Below, in pieces: positions 46,340 through 57,578 of a stretch of 64,000 nucleotides of DNA. The stretch spans positions 256,001-320,000 of the forward strand of contig CAVULX010000004.1 in the NCBI GenBank assembly GCA_963742415.1, in the 5' to 3' direction. This DNA comes from an uncultured Parachlamydiaceae bacterium. Its GTDB lineage: Bacteria > Chlamydiota > Chlamydiia > Chlamydiales > Parachlamydiaceae. The position numbers and the translations under genes were made by a program. Under the pieces are notes generated by a model. It had not been told where the DNA came from. It saw only the letters and a list, made by a program, of their open reading frames with translations, and ran no database searches. Each line of letters starts with the position of its first letter. Within the stretch, counting starts at the first letter, position 1.

Positions 46340-48250
46340 ATGGATCGAATGGATGAAAAGAAAATTCCTACAGATGAACCCGCAGTGATGGCAACTTTCA
46401 GCAAAAATGAGAAATCGCGCCAAGCGATGGAGATAGCTGAAGAGGCGAGACAGAAAGAATATCTCCACCCAAGTTTTGCTGCGCAGCTTTTTATGGGATC
46501 ATTTCGCCCCGACTTATTGCATCCGTTTCCTATCCAGAGTGAGGAAGACAAAAAAATCGGCGATGAATATGTGGAAAAAATAAAAAAATTCATTTCTGAA
46601 AATTTGGATCCTGAAGAGGTGGATACGACAAGGACGATACCAAATGTAGTGATTGAAGGTTTGGCAAAAATGGGAGCCTTTGCGTTGAAGGTTCCGAAAG
46701 AGTATAACGGCTTAGGTTTTTCCCAAGTGAACTACAATAGGGTGGTCGCAGCCGTCAGTTCTTACTGTGCTTCAACAGGGGTCCTTTTATCCGCCCATCA
46801 ATCGATTGGTGTTCCGCAGCCTTTAAAAATGTTCGGCTCTGAAGAACAAAAGAAAAAATTTTTTCCCCGCTTTAGGGAAGGATCAATATCCGCTTTTGCC
46901 TTGACAGAGCCGGATGTGGGATCTGATCCTGCGCAGATGTCTTCCGAAGCAAAATTATCTGAAGATGGAAAATTTTATATTCTTAATGGAACCAAGTTAT
47001 GGTGCACCAATGGGGTTTTAGCCGATATCATTATTGTTGCAGCGAAAACAGCACCTAAAATTATCAAAGGGAAAGAGAAAAAGCAGATCACGGCATTTAT
47101 CTTGGAAATGAACACTCCTGGAGTGGAAGTGGTCCATCGTTGCGAGTTTATGGGATTAGGGGGGATTTATAATGCTGTGATCAAGTTTACTAATGTCAAG
47201 ATCCCTGTAGAGAATAGATTGTCGGATGAAGGGAGAGGATTGGCCATTGCTCTTGCAACTATCAACGTGGGGAGGTTGACCCTTCCTGCAGGATGTGGTG
47301 CAGGGGCTAAACAATTATTATCCATTGCGCGGCGGTGGGGGGCCAAGAGAGTTCAATGGGGGCAACCTATTGGTTTGCACGAGGCAGGCAGAGAAAAAAT
47401 TTCTTTTATTGCTGCGTCAACACTGGCTATAGAGGCGGTGGCATGGTTGACTAGCAGTTGGCAAGATCAAGGGGATGTTGATATCAGGATTGAAGCAGCC
47501 ATGGCCAAGTTTTATTGCAGCGAGGCCTTGTGGAGAATTGCGGATGCGACGATGCAACTACGTGGAGGTAGAGGCTATGAGAAAGCACGTTCCCTAAAAG
47601 CTAGAGGAGAACCCCCCTATGCTGTTGAACGTGTGATGCGCGATTGCAGGATTAATCTGATTTTGGAAGGATCTACCGAGATTATGAAATTGTTTCTTGC
47701 ACGTGAAGCGATGGATCCCCATCTCAAACGGCTTGGCGAGCTGATCTCCAGAAAGTATTCATGGGGGCAGAAGGTGGTTTTGGGGTTGAAGTCGCTGGGG
47801 TTCTATTCACTTTGGTATCCGAAGCAGTGGTTGGCTTCTTTGGTAACATCGTCTTATTCAGATATGGGGAAGCTTGCGCAACATTTTAAATTTGTCGAGC
47901 GCACATCTCACAAGTTAGCGAGAAATTTATTTTATTACATGATGGTTTACAGGCAAAAATTAGAAGCACGGCAGCACATTTTAGGACGTTTAGTGGATAT
48001 AGGGACTGATTTGTTTGTCATGAGTGCAACTTGTTCTTATGCAGTTCATCTTCAGAAAGAAAGACAAGATGATACCCCTATAGAGTTGGCTAATTACTTG
48101 TGTTTGATGATGAGGAGGCAAATCAAAAATAACTTTCGTGCTTTATCCGATAACGATGATCGGGCGGGCAATGCCCTTGCCAAAAGTGTAATTCAAGGGA
48201 ACATGAAATGGCTCGAAGAGGGGGTCATTTGGGTGGGACCGAAAGAATAG
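46340..48250 (+). CDS. Acyl-CoA dehydrogenase (long, VLCAD/ACAD9-like)
   Basis: AFALTEPDVGSD, LNGTKLWCTNG, RINLILEGSTEI. Confidence 0.93.
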   Translation: MDRMDEKKIPTDEPAVMATFSKNEKSRQAMEIAEEARQKEYLHPSFAAQLFMGSFRPDLLHPFPIQSEEDKKIGDEYVEKIKKFISENLDPEEVDTTRTIPNVVIEGLAKMGAFALKVPKEYNGLGFSQVNYNRVVAAVSSYCASTGVLLSAHQSIGVPQPLKMFGSEEQKKKFFPRFREGSISAFALTEPDVGSDPAQMSSEAKLSEDGKFYILNGTKLWCTNGVLADIIIVAAKTAPKIIKGKEKKQITAFILEMNTPGVEVVHRCEFMGLGGIYNAVIKFTNVKIPVENRLSDEGRGLAIALATINVGRLTLPAGCGAGAKQLLSIARRWGAKRVQWGQPIGLHEAGREKISFIAASTLAIEAVAWLTSSWQDQGDVDIRIEAAMAKFYCSEALWRIADATMQLRGGRGYEKARSLKARGEPPYAVERVMRDCRINLILEGSTEIMKLFLAREAMDPHLKRLGELISRKYSWGQKVVLGLKSLGFYSLWYPKQWLASLVTSSYSDMGKLAQHFKFVERTSHKLARNLFYYMMVYRQKLEARQHILGRLVDIGTDLFVMSATCSYAVHLQKERQDDTPIELANYLCLMMRRQIKNNFRALSDNDDRAGNALAKSVIQGNMKWLEEGVIWVGPKE

Positions 48251-48291
48251 AATAACCCCAATCACCGAATTTTAGAAATTTGCAATAGCCT

Positions 48292-48633
48292 CTAATGCTT
48301 AGCTTTTATCGCTTTTTTTGGTCTGATTTTTCGAGCCTTTTTCTTCGAACTGGGACGATGGCTGTAATCTTGGACCTTATCGGAGAGCCCGTGATAGATT
48401 TTATTTAATTGAGTTTGTATTTCTTTGCGGGTTCCATTTGAAAAAAACATCGCAGTCCCTGCTCCGGCAAGGAGACCAAGAACACTTCCGGTTAGGAAGG
48501 AATGATTTTGCGCTTTCTCTTCAGTTTGGAAAAAATTATTTTTTGTCTTTGGATATAAAAACATACTGAGTGATCCCAAGGCTGTCCCTAACAAAGTACC
48601 GACTAGGATTTCTTTGGTATGATTCATTTTCAT
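48292..48633 (-). CDS. YtxH-like protein
   Basis: Two GxxxG hydrophobic motifs (LVGTLLGTALG; FLTGSVLGLLAGA). Confidence 0.7.
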   Translation of the reverse strand: MKMNHTKEILVGTLLGTALGSLSMFLYPKTKNNFFQTEEKAQNHSFLTGSVLGLLAGAGTAMFFSNGTRKEIQTQLNKIYHGLSDKVQDYSHRPSSKKKARKIRPKKAIKAKH

Positions 48634-49178
48634 CTCCTTTGTTTATAACTTTGGTATGCACGGAAGCCTATATCAGCCAGTTGGAACAAATTATTAAAAT
48701 GATCTGAATTTGATTTTTTAGTCTTTTTTTCTTCTAAGGAATCTGAAATTCTATCGACAACTTGCATGGCGCACTTGACCCAATTGGCTCCTTTTGAAAA
48801 ACTTCCGTTAAACTTCTGGGAGGCACCTGAGCCATTTCTACGATGGATCGCATAAGCGCTAGCAGCACCTAACAATCCTCCAAGAATTCCTCCAACTAGA
48901 AGAGGGTGATTGGTAAATTCCACTGTTTCAGGGATCCATTCTTGAAATTTGCTATAAATATCAGATCCTTGATCGATTAAATTCTCTTTAATTTCACCAG
49001 TTCTGTTAGATAAATCCAGGTAGGCATTGTATAATTCCCCTTTTAATCCCATCGATTTTTTAGGAGCTATAAGGATACCAAGTCCAAGTCCGAACAAACT
49101 ACCTGCAAGGACCCCAGTCAAAATTTTTTGGGTATCATGATTAAGAGGGATGTATGTCTTGATTTTTGATTTTTTCAT
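48630..49178 (-). CDS. YtxH-like protein (start 49178 preferred)
   Basis: GVLAGSLFGLGLGILIAPKKS; VGGILGGLLGAA. Confidence 0.7.
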   Translation of the reverse strand: MKKSKIKTYIPLNHDTQKILTGVLAGSLFGLGLGILIAPKKSMGLKGELYNAYLDLSNRTGEIKENLIDQGSDIYSKFQEWIPETVEFTNHPLLVGGILGGLLGAASAYAIHRRNGSGASQKFNGSFSKGANWVKCAMQVVDRISDSLEEKKTKKSNSDHFNNLFQLADIGFRAYQSYKQRR

Positions 49179-49594
49179 TACTTCTCTCTCCTTCTTTTTA
49201 TTTTTTGCCATAACATCAGGCCTGCCGTGGCTAGCTCTAGCCAATCTTCACTACGATGGCGGCAACCGTACTCATCTTCCCTTTCCTCTTCGCAAAGACT
49301 TGTGGCACAACAAGATCGGGTGTTCTTTTCCAGAGCTTTTCCGAGGTTGGATACAGAATCAAATAAAGGGTCAAGTTTTTCAGATTTATCAACAATGTCG
49401 CTAAGTAATTCATTTGAATTACTCAGTAATTTGGCTGTTTCCGGATTTACGGCAATGAGTAGAAGATCTAGATTCGATAAAACCCGATTTGTTTTATTTA
49501 AAGTTTTGCGTACCGAAACTAGGGTGATGATAAGATAAATAGTTAAAAGGACGAAGGCGAGGGCAATGATTGTTAAGCATATCTCAATAATCAT
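49178..49594 (-). CDS. DUF948 (YoxC/YtxG-like) protein
   Basis: IIALAFVLLTIYLIITL followed by coiled coil; upstream of the YtxH-like genes. Confidence 0.75.
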   Translation of the reverse strand: MIIEICLTIIALAFVLLTIYLIITLVSVRKTLNKTNRVLSNLDLLLIAVNPETAKLLSNSNELLSDIVDKSEKLDPLFDSVSNLGKALEKNTRSCCATSLCEEEREDEYGCRHRSEDWLELATAGLMLWQKIKRRREK

Positions 49595-49814
49595 AGAGTT
49601 GCCTCATTTGTAGTTTGAAAGAGCAATATGCCCTTTTTTCTCCTACAACCTCAAGTTAGCTTATCTGCTAAATACTGTAAATAATTTATTTAAATTATAG
49701 AGGAATAATAAAAAAAATCACTCCAAAGGCTTTATGTAATTTTGTGGTGTGCTTAATTTCATTGATGTTTATAGTGCTGAAATCAGTGCCTAAAACTTAC
49801 ACAGGAGTTTTCAA

Positions 49815-50666
49815 ATGGGAGCTGTAAATTTAGATCCAAATTATAATATCCACAATTTATGCCTGGAATGGACTCTAGATGAGGAGTTGCCTTCAACCGA
49901 AAAAATGCAAGAAATGAGCCGTTTGATTAGTACCCATGCTGCATACCTAAATTTAGCTGACATCAGAAATTTGAATGGTGTTCAAAGCAGAATAGGGGTG
50001 CGAAGTCCTCAAAGTTTAGAACGGGACGATTTACTAAGTCGCATCGATAATGCCAGGTCCCAAGTGCACGACCTGGTCCGTTTCATTTTATTTCCCGATA
50101 AACCGATCGCCGATTTGCTTAAGATCTGGGCTGCCATAGAATTCCCTTATTATACAATTGCTGAAATGAAAAAGATAGGTGAAATAATAACAGCAAACAA
50201 GAAGAAGGTTAAAATTTCAGATATTACACCGATTTCTGCCATTTTGAGTCATGCGATGATCTGTTGCACCAAAAGTCCTGAAAATGACTCGCTCTGTAGA
50301 TGCATTGGAGAAATCCTTAACAAAATCCATGGCATGATTGACAAAGAGTTATTCAAAGAAGAAAATATTAGTTTGTTGTTGAAGGTCTGGGTAAGTGAAA
50401 AACGGCCAAATTTTACGAATGGAGAACTGCAAAAAATGTTCAATATCATTGAACAAACAAAAATTGAAGTTTCAGACTTTAATAACTTAATTAAGCTTTC
50501 TCAAAAAATTACAACTCGGAGCATATGGTGCCAGGCAAGTGCTCCCCTTGTTTCCATGATAGGCTTAAAAACAATCGGCGCGCAGTTGAACAACCTCCAG
50601 CAAAATGAGGATGTGAAAAAGAAAATGGCATGGGCAGAGAAAGAAAGTCTGAAAAGCAATCTCTAA
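49815..50666 (+). CDS. Hypothetical helical protein with weak internal repetition
   Basis: AGGAG RBS; similar blocks IADLLKIW...YTIAEMKKI and ISLLLKVW...FTNGELQKM. Confidence 0.75.
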   Translation: MGAVNLDPNYNIHNLCLEWTLDEELPSTEKMQEMSRLISTHAAYLNLADIRNLNGVQSRIGVRSPQSLERDDLLSRIDNARSQVHDLVRFILFPDKPIADLLKIWAAIEFPYYTIAEMKKIGEIITANKKKVKISDITPISAILSHAMICCTKSPENDSLCRCIGEILNKIHGMIDKELFKEENISLLLKVWVSEKRPNFTNGELQKMFNIIEQTKIEVSDFNNLIKLSQKITTRSIWCQASAPLVSMIGLKTIGAQLNNLQQNEDVKKKMAWAEKESLKSNL

Positions 50667-50694
50667 CTCAAACCTAAATTAGGGCGAGGCAAGC

Positions 50695-51882
50695 CTATAA
50701 AATGTTCAATTCTTTTCCAACGGCCGCAAACGTTTCGACGGCTTGGTCTATCTCTTCATGTGTATGAGCAGCAGACATTTGAGTTCGAATTCTTGCCTTT
50801 CCCATGGGAACTACGGGATACGAAAATCCAATCACATAAATCCCTCTTTGGAGGGATTTTGCCGCAAAATCTTGTGCAAGTTTGGCATCTCCGAGCATCA
50901 CCGGAATAATAGGATGGTTTCCCGGAACCAGGGAAAAGCCCAGCTTGGTCATTTTTTCCCTGAAATAGCGGCTGTTCCCATGCAATCGTTCCCTCAATTC
51001 GGGGTGGGATCCAATCATGTCAAGCACATGAATAGAAGTTGCGGCAATGCAAGGCATGAGGGTGTTTGAAAATAGGTAGGGGCGGGAGCGTTGCCTAAGC
51101 CATTCCACAATTTCCTTTCTTCCTGAAGTGTATCCTCCTGAAGCTCCCCCTAAAGCTTTGCCTAAGGTTCCTGTAATAATATCGACCCTCCCTTCGACGC
51201 CGCAATATTCAGGGGTTCCCTGTCCATTTGGTCCCATGAATCCAACGGCATGACTATCATCGACCATGACTAAAGCATGATATTTATCTGCTAACTCGCA
51301 AATGGCAGCCAAGTTGGCGATAATTCCATCCATGGAAAAAACCCCATCGGTGACAATCAGTCGAAATCTGGAGGTTTGGGCTTCTTTTAGCTGTTGTTCA
51401 AGATCAGCCATGTCGTTGTTATTATAACGAAGGCGTTTGGCTTTGGAGAGGCGGATCCCATCGATGATGCTGGCATGGTTGAGCGCATCGCTGATTATTG
51501 CATCTTCAGCCCCTAATAAAGTTTCAAATAATCCTCCATTAGCATCAAAACAAGAGGAATACAAAATGGTGTCATCTGTTTTAAGGAAAGAGGAAATTTT
51601 CCGTTCTAGCTGTTTATGAATCGTTTGGGTACCACAAATAAAACGGACGGAGGACAATCCGAACCCATATTTGTCCATGCTTTGTTTGGCTATTTCAATC
51701 AATTCTGAATTGTTGGCTAAGCCTAAATAATTGTTGGCACAGAAATTAAGGACCTGCTTGCCGTTAAGGAGTTGAATTTCAGCTTGTTGCGGTGAGACGA
51801 TCTCATATTCAGGTTTATATAAACCGGAGGATTTTAATTCGGCAATTTGTGTTGTAAGATAATCTGTAAAAGGCTTGTTCAT
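50695..51882 (-). CDS. kbl: 2-amino-3-ketobutyrate CoA ligase (start 51882 preferred)
   Basis: [46 protein letters not shown]. Confidence 0.95.
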   Translation of the reverse strand: MNKPFTDYLTTQIAELKSSGLYKPEYEIVSPQQAEIQLLNGKQVLNFCANNYLGLANNSELIEIAKQSMDKYGFGLSSVRFICGTQTIHKQLERKISSFLKTDDTILYSSCFDANGGLFETLLGAEDAIISDALNHASIIDGIRLSKAKRLRYNNNDMADLEQQLKEAQTSRFRLIVTDGVFSMDGIIANLAAICELADKYHALVMVDDSHAVGFMGPNGQGTPEYCGVEGRVDIITGTLGKALGGASGGYTSGRKEIVEWLRQRSRPYLFSNTLMPCIAATSIHVLDMIGSHPELRERLHGNSRYFREKMTKLGFSLVPGNHPIIPVMLGDAKLAQDFAAKSLQRGIYVIGFSYPVVPMGKARIRTQMSAAHTHEEIDQAVETFAAVGKELNIL

Positions 51883-51913
51883 AGGGTGAGGTTCTCCATT
51901 GTTTTTTGATATT

Positions 51914-52954
51914 TCAATCCGCTGCTTTGACTCTGTCCCAGGCTTTGTTGTAAAACCTGATGGCATCACCGACATTTTTGATGAGTTCGGCGTTTTTCAA
52001 AACATCTTCGGGAGGAAAAAAGATGGTATTGTTTTTTAATTCGGGAGGTAATTTTTCATAAGCTGGGATCGAAGGGCTCAGATAAAGTGTAAAAAGCATA
52101 TTCTCAGCCGCTACCTCCGGCTCTAAAAGGAAATTCACAAAAGCGTGGGCCAATTCAGCCTGTTGGGCTTCTTTGGGGATGACGGCATAGTCGATGGACA
52201 TCATGGAGCCTTCTTTGGGATAATCAAAGGCGACTTCATTATTTTCCTGCATGACCTGGAGAATATCCCCCGCATAGGCTTGAACGACGAGATATTCTGC
52301 GCTTGCAATTCCATTTTTGTATTGTTCGCTTTCAAATTTGGCTAGGTTTCGTTTCCATTGGATTAAGAGTTCTGCTGCCTGATTGATTTCCGCAAGATGA
52401 ACTGTATTGACGCTGAACCCAAGAGTGATTAAGGATGCGCCAAAAGCTTCCCTCATATCATTGAGCATGGTCATTCTTCCCTTGAGAGCTTTTCGATTAA
52501 AAATGTTCCAGGAAGAGATAAAATCTTTCACCTTATCTCGACGATAGGCAATGCCGGTGTGGCTTATGAGATAAGGAATGGCATAATTGAGTGTGTCCTT
52601 ATCGATCCCCTGCAAATAGCGGGCATCAATATTTCGTGAATTAGGAATTTTCATCGGGTCGATTTTTTGCAGCATCCCTTGCTGGATCATCAGATCTAAA
52701 TAATAATTGCTGGGAAAGACGACATCGTAATCGGAGACTCCTAGCTTGATTTTGGCATACATCGCTTCATTAGAATCAAAGGTATCCATGACGATGCGGC
52801 AATGGTATTTGGTCTCAAATTGTTCGATCACTTCCGGTTTGATATAGTCGCTCCAAATAAAGATATGGAGCTCAGGCAGGGAGGAGCGTTGGCAGGAACC
52901 TGCAAAAAGGCATAGGAAAAAAAGTGTGAAGTTGATACTTAGCCCCTTCATCAA
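51914..52954 (-). CDS. potD: Spermidine/putrescine ABC substrate-binding lipoprotein
   Basis: Lipobox-like [24 protein letters not shown]. Confidence 0.9.
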   Translation of the reverse strand: MMKGLSINFTLFFLCLFAGSCQRSSLPELHIFIWSDYIKPEVIEQFETKYHCRIVMDTFDSNEAMYAKIKLGVSDYDVVFPSNYYLDLMIQQGMLQKIDPMKIPNSRNIDARYLQGIDKDTLNYAIPYLISHTGIAYRRDKVKDFISSWNIFNRKALKGRMTMLNDMREAFGASLITLGFSVNTVHLAEINQAAELLIQWKRNLAKFESEQYKNGIASAEYLVVQAYAGDILQVMQENNEVAFDYPKEGSMMSIDYAVIPKEAQQAELAHAFVNFLLEPEVAAENMLFTLYLSPSIPAYEKLPPELKNNTIFFPPEDVLKNAELIKNVGDAIRFYNKAWDRVKAAD

Positions 52955-53721
52955 GATTCATCCTTTGTCATGGATTGCGTAAACCAAATGATCACAAAGG
53001 TAATCAATAAGATAATCGTAGACAAGGCATTAATGACAGGCGTAGAACCAAATTTGATCATGCTGTAAATGTACACCGGCAGCGTGGAAGACCCATGCCC
53101 CGCCACAAAAAATGTGATGACAAAGTCATCGATAGATAAGGTAAAGGCTAAAAGCGCTGCGGCCGTAATGCCTGGAGCTAGAAGAGGAAGTAAAACTCTC
53201 CTTGCAACCGTCCACGAATTTGCTCCAAGATCTTGAGCGGCTTCGACAATGGAAAAGTCAAAAGTTTGCAGTTTAGACAGCATGACCATGGTGACATAGC
53301 TAACGCAAAAAGTTGTGTGGGCAATGAAGATGGTGAACAGGCTCAAGCGGATATTAAGAACAACAAAAAAAAGGAGCAGGCTGATCCCCATTAAAATATC
53401 GGGGATCACAAGCGGGGTATAGATCAAACTATAGTGAACTTTTTGCAGCTTGGTTTTGTAGCGATGCAAGGCAAAGGCTGCAAAGCTTCCAAGGATGGTA
53501 GAAACAACCGTTGCTGAAATAGCGATAATCAAGGAGTTCTGCAAAGCCTGCCACATCGCTTTTTCTTGGAATAACCGTCCATACCACTTCAATGTAAACC
53601 CAGACCAAACACCCCCAAAGCGGGATTCATTAAAAGAACTGATGACAAGCATGATGATGGGCAGATACAAGAAAATAAGAACCAAAAGTGTAATAATGAA
53701 ACAACGTTTGCTGCGCTTCAT
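52951..53721 (-). CDS. potC: Spermidine/putrescine ABC permease
   Basis: FLYLPI, EAAQDLGA, FTLSIDDF. Confidence 0.92.
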   Translation of the reverse strand: MKRSKRCFIITLLVLIFLYLPIIMLVISSFNESRFGGVWSGFTLKWYGRLFQEKAMWQALQNSLIIAISATVVSTILGSFAAFALHRYKTKLQKVHYSLIYTPLVIPDILMGISLLLFFVVLNIRLSLFTIFIAHTTFCVSYVTMVMLSKLQTFDFSIVEAAQDLGANSWTVARRVLLPLLAPGITAAALLAFTLSIDDFVITFFVAGHGSSTLPVYIYSMIKFGSTPVINALSTIILLITFVIIWFTQSMTKDES

Positions 53722-54629
53722 TCTTTATTTCTAGCCTCTTCTTCAATTTTCTTAGCTCTTTTGGTCAAAAGGGTAATGGCGAGGACGGGGATAAGGACAG
53801 CCAGAGCTAAGAGGGCAGATAAAGCACTTGCTTGAGGAAGGTTTCTTTCAACGAAAGTCCTCTGCGCAATTTTGTTGCCGATCATTTCGCTGTTTGTTCC
53901 GCCCACAAGATCGGGAATCACATAAGCTCCAATGGCAGGGATGAAAACCATCATGAGGCCTGTTAAAATTCCTTTACGGATTCCAGGGACAAAGATTTTA
54001 AAAAAAGCTTGACGCCTTGTGGCTCCAAGGTCCATGGCCGCTTCAATAAGATGAAAATTGAATTTTGAGGCTGCCGCATAAATGGGGAAAACAGCGAAGG
54101 GGAGATAGGTATAAACCATGACAAGCAGTACTGCAACCGAATTGTACAGAAGCGTGGTATCGGGGCTGATGATGTGTAGAAAAACGAGAAACTGCTTGAA
54201 AGAGCCTTCCGGATGGAGAACTGTTTTCCAGGCAAAAATGCGGATAAGAAAACTGCTCCAAAAAGGGACAACAATCATTAAGAGCAAGAAATGGCGCCAC
54301 TTGTTTGAGGTTGTGGCAAGCTGATAGGCTACAGGCAAAGCAAGGCATAAACAAATAAACGTTGTCAAAGCGCTAAGCCATAAAGTTCGCCAGATTAAGA
54401 TGTAATAGTTGGGATCGGCCAACGTTTTGATCGTCTCTAAGGTCCACCCCTTGCCAACACCCCCATAAATATCGCTGGGTTTAAAACCATAGGCAAAGAT
54501 GATAAGTGTAGGGATGAAAAAAAAGAGGAACAACCAGATGAAAGAGGGGGCCGTGAAAATGGATTCGTAGAGAGTCTCTTTTTTTTTGTCCATGGCTCTA
54601 AACATCATTTTGCTGGGGAGTAATTTCAA
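53718..54629 (-). CDS. potB: Spermidine/putrescine ABC permease (start uncertain)
   Basis: PFWSSFLIR, YTYLPF, EAAMDLGA. Confidence 0.9.
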   Translation of the reverse strand: MKLLPSKMMFRAMDKKKETLYESIFTAPSFIWLFLFFFIPTLIIFAYGFKPSDIYGGVGKGWTLETIKTLADPNYYILIWRTLWLSALTTFICLCLALPVAYQLATTSNKWRHFLLLMIVVPFWSSFLIRIFAWKTVLHPEGSFKQFLVFLHIISPDTTLLYNSVAVLLVMVYTYLPFAVFPIYAAASKFNFHLIEAAMDLGATRRQAFFKIFVPGIRKGILTGLMMVFIPAIGAYVIPDLVGGTNSEMIGNKIAQRTFVERNLPQASALSALLALAVLIPVLAITLLTKRAKKIEEEARNKE

Positions 54630-55746
54630 TCTCCCGTTCTTCCGGCCTTTTATACCTTTCTAACATAAACCCATCGTCGGGATGCCACCAGATCCAAACT
54701 TTGTCGGTCCAACGGATCGGTTTTTCATCTAAAAGAAAACGGCTATGTTGTTGAGTCACAGAAATCTTATGCCCTTCTATCCTGACGCCGAAATGGGTGT
54801 GGTCCCCTTTATAAATGACATCTTCGACAATGCCATAAAAGAAATTGGGGTGGGGTTTCTCTTGAGGGGGTTCCCGTGAAATATGGATTTTTTCTGGTCT
54901 GACGCTGAGATGGACAGGATCCCCAACGTTTATCTGTTTGTCGTTGAAGCAGAGGACATTAGGAAAATTGTGCAACTCAATCAAGCTATAGTCTTTTTGA
55001 ATCATTTTTGCGACAACCCCATCGAGGAAATTTGTGTCTCCAATGAAATCAGCTACAAAACTGCTTTTAGGAGCTTCGTAGATTTCGATGGGGGTCCCGA
55101 TCTGCTCAATTTGTCCTTTATGGAGCACGCAGATCCGGTCGCTGACAGCCATCGCTTCTGTTTGGTCGTGGGTCACGAAAAGAAAGGTAATTCCAACGTC
55201 GTCATGGATCTGATCTAAATCCAAAAGCATTTTTTGACGAAGCTTTAAATCCAAAGCGGCTAGAGGTTCATCTAAAAGCAACACCTGGGGATGATTGACA
55301 AGGGCCCTGGCAAGAGCTACGCGTTGTTTTTGTCCACCGCTGATGTTGTCAGGCATCTTGTGGGAATGTTCGGTCATTTGGATGAGGTGTAACATTTTTT
55401 CAACTTCATTTTTTATTTCTTTTTCCGGGCGTTTGGCAATTTGAAGGCCGAAAGCGATGTTTTCCCAAATGTTAAGATGGGGAAAGAGGGCATAATTTTG
55501 GAAAACAGTATTGACTGGTCGTTTGTGGGGAGGGAGCTTCGTGATATCTTTACCATCCAGAAGAATGCGCCCGGCATCCGGTTTTTCAAATCCGGCTAAG
55601 ATCCGCAATAAGGTTGTTTTACCGCATCCACTTGGGCCAAGGAGGGAAAAAAATTCCCCCTTTTTAATGGAAAATGATACATCGCATAAGGCTTTACTAA
55701 TGCCATATTGTTTGGAGACATTTTCAAAGACAACGCTGTCAACCAT
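54598..55746 (-). CDS. potA: Spermidine/putrescine ABC ATP-binding protein
   Basis: GPSGCGKTT, VNTVFQNYALFPH, LLLDEPL. Confidence 0.94.
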   Translation of the reverse strand: MVDSVVFENVSKQYGISKALCDVSFSIKKGEFFSLLGPSGCGKTTLLRILAGFEKPDAGRILLDGKDITKLPPHKRPVNTVFQNYALFPHLNIWENIAFGLQIAKRPEKEIKNEVEKMLHLIQMTEHSHKMPDNISGGQKQRVALARALVNHPQVLLLDEPLAALDLKLRQKMLLDLDQIHDDVGITFLFVTHDQTEAMAVSDRICVLHKGQIEQIGTPIEIYEAPKSSFVADFIGDTNFLDGVVAKMIQKDYSLIELHNFPNVLCFNDKQINVGDPVHLSVRPEKIHISREPPQEKPHPNFFYGIVEDVIYKGDHTHFGVRIEGHKISVTQQHSRFLLDEKPIRWTDKVWIWWHPDDGFMLERYKRPEEREIEITPQQNDV

Positions 55747-55904
55747 GCTTTTTCCCCAACTTTGCTACGCCTATGAATTTTCTACTGGGAACTAGTGTAT
55801 CTTTTTGCGGTTTTGCTGACAAACGCTATCATCATTTATAACGAAGAACACTGAAAATTTGGCAAATATTCAGTGTTCTTCAGCATATTTCAATGTGAGA
55901 GGGC

Positions 55905-56426
55905 TTATTTTGGAGTGCTCCAGGCCAAGCTTAGAAGTGAGCAGCCAAAGAACAGCATATTAATGCCGACTAACAGGCCCATCACCCACAAAGCTGTTCC
56001 AGGCCATCCGGAAATAATTAAAGCCCCTAAGGCGATGGAGATCAATCCGCTAAATAGGAGCCATCCCCATCCACTCATATCTTTTAAAGTAATAGATAAA
56101 GCTATTTTGCAGAATCCTTCGATAATGAAATAACAGGTCAGGAGGAGCGTTAAAGTGATGATGCCAGCCAGGGGCTTAGTGATTAACAAAATACCGATGA
56201 TAAGGCTTAAAATAGAGCTCAGCAATGTTGTCCAAAAACTTGTGCTTCCCCAAAATCTGTAGCAACGGTAAGCCTGAATTATACCTCCGATTACAAACAG
56301 CCATCCGATCAGTTGTTCTACTCCAAAAGTAAACACAACTGGCAAAGCGATGGCTGCGATGCCTAAGATGAGGAAAAGGATCCCCTCAAAAATGATTAGG
56401 CCCCGATTTTCCCTGACTAGATCCAT
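55905..56426 (-). CDS. HdeD/DUF308 membrane protein
   Basis: Six short TMs; GWGWLLFSG...WPGTALW...VGINMLF. Confidence 0.85.
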   Translation of the reverse strand: MDLVRENRGLIIFEGILFLILGIAAIALPVVFTFGVEQLIGWLFVIGGIIQAYRCYRFWGSTSFWTTLLSSILSLIIGILLITKPLAGIITLTLLLTCYFIIEGFCKIALSITLKDMSGWGWLLFSGLISIALGALIISGWPGTALWVMGLLVGINMLFFGCSLLSLAWSTPK

Positions 56427-56440
56427 AATTCAACTCCTTT

Positions 56441-57526
56441 CTATTTTAAAATTTTTCCTACCATAAAATGATAAGCGAAAGAGCGGTCTTCTCGTTGAAG
56501 CTGCTCTTCTAGAGCTAATTCTCGAGAAAAATAAGGTTTTAAACCCTCAGGCAATTTGTAGTTGGTCATCAACTGTCTGAGGCAAAATCGCGCTTCGGGC
56601 TTGGCTGCGCGGTATATCCCTTTTAATAGCTGTAGAAAATGATCATAGTCGAGATAAGAGGGGACATCTGAAAGGGAAAACCTATCTATGCTGTTTTCTG
56701 GAACCGTATTTAAGTAAGAAATGATATCAGTGGTTTTCCAAGATAAGCGGTCTAACCTTTTCCTGATCCTATCGAGATGCTCCACGTGCAGGTAGGGTGG
56801 AAGGGCTTCAGTTGGAACTTTGCCTATAAAAACGAGAGCAATTAAAGCACAATGTCGAGCCAGATGGTGGTTAAGAGAGTCGATCAATCTCTGATAAAAA
56901 TATTCACCGGGGTTAGCCGATTTGCCCGCATAGGCTGCATAGACGCCGGGGTCTTTGAAAAAAAGCTTGCAAAACCAACGGTTCAAACACAAGTTAATCC
57001 CCGTTTTCCACAAGCGATGATTCCACTCTTTATCCAAGAAGGCTTTTTGTTCATCGATATCGGTCATAGAGAATAGAGTTTGGATTTCTCGACTACGGAC
57101 CAAGCGCAACAAAAATGAGAAATGGCGCGCCCATTTTTCAGTTGCTCCTTGATAGATAACTCCATCATGAATGAGGCGGTCCCTCTCTTTCCAATACTTA
57201 GCCGCTTCAACAGTTAAGAGCGGAGAGAGGGATCTTAACGTTCCTTTGCGGCCAAGACTTGGTGAAACACCTAGAAAGGAGCTGTAAGCTTCATCATCCA
57301 AGTGTTTTAAAGCGGTTGCTTTTAGATCCAAAAGATAATTTTGAATAGGATTTGCATCAATGGCGATGATCTCTTGGCAATCCTGTGTCAGTAGATTTAA
57401 GGGTCTATCGCCGCTAGCAGTAATACAAACAACACGGCTGTCGGGTTTTACTTGCAAGGCTTTGTATTCCGTCAACCAATCTTCATTTCCAAAACTATAA
57501 CTCAATCGCGAAAAAAACGGAGACAT
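56441..57526 (-). CDS. Second DUF3419/BtaA-like SAM-dependent protein
   Basis: YSFGNED, CITASGD, IDANPIQ, FSLSDVPSY. Confidence 0.8.
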   Translation of the reverse strand: MSPFFSRLSYSFGNEDWLTEYKALQVKPDSRVVCITASGDRPLNLLTQDCQEIIAIDANPIQNYLLDLKATALKHLDDEAYSSFLGVSPSLGRKGTLRSLSPLLTVEAAKYWKERDRLIHDGVIYQGATEKWARHFSFLLRLVRSREIQTLFSMTDIDEQKAFLDKEWNHRLWKTGINLCLNRWFCKLFFKDPGVYAAYAGKSANPGEYFYQRLIDSLNHHLARHCALIALVFIGKVPTEALPPYLHVEHLDRIRKRLDRLSWKTTDIISYLNTVPENSIDRFSLSDVPSYLDYDHFLQLLKGIYRAAKPEARFCLRQLMTNYKLPEGLKPYFSRELALEEQLQREDRSFAYHFMVGKILK

Positions 57527-57578
57527 GTTTAAAATTGACTCTCTTTTTGTTTAAAATTGCTCTTTGGCTCAAATTTTT

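Noticed and set aside
44919..51882. tdh and kbl separated by 4.7 kb as a novel arrangement
   Set aside because: This is an ordinary threonine catabolism pair with intervening genes; no special signal.
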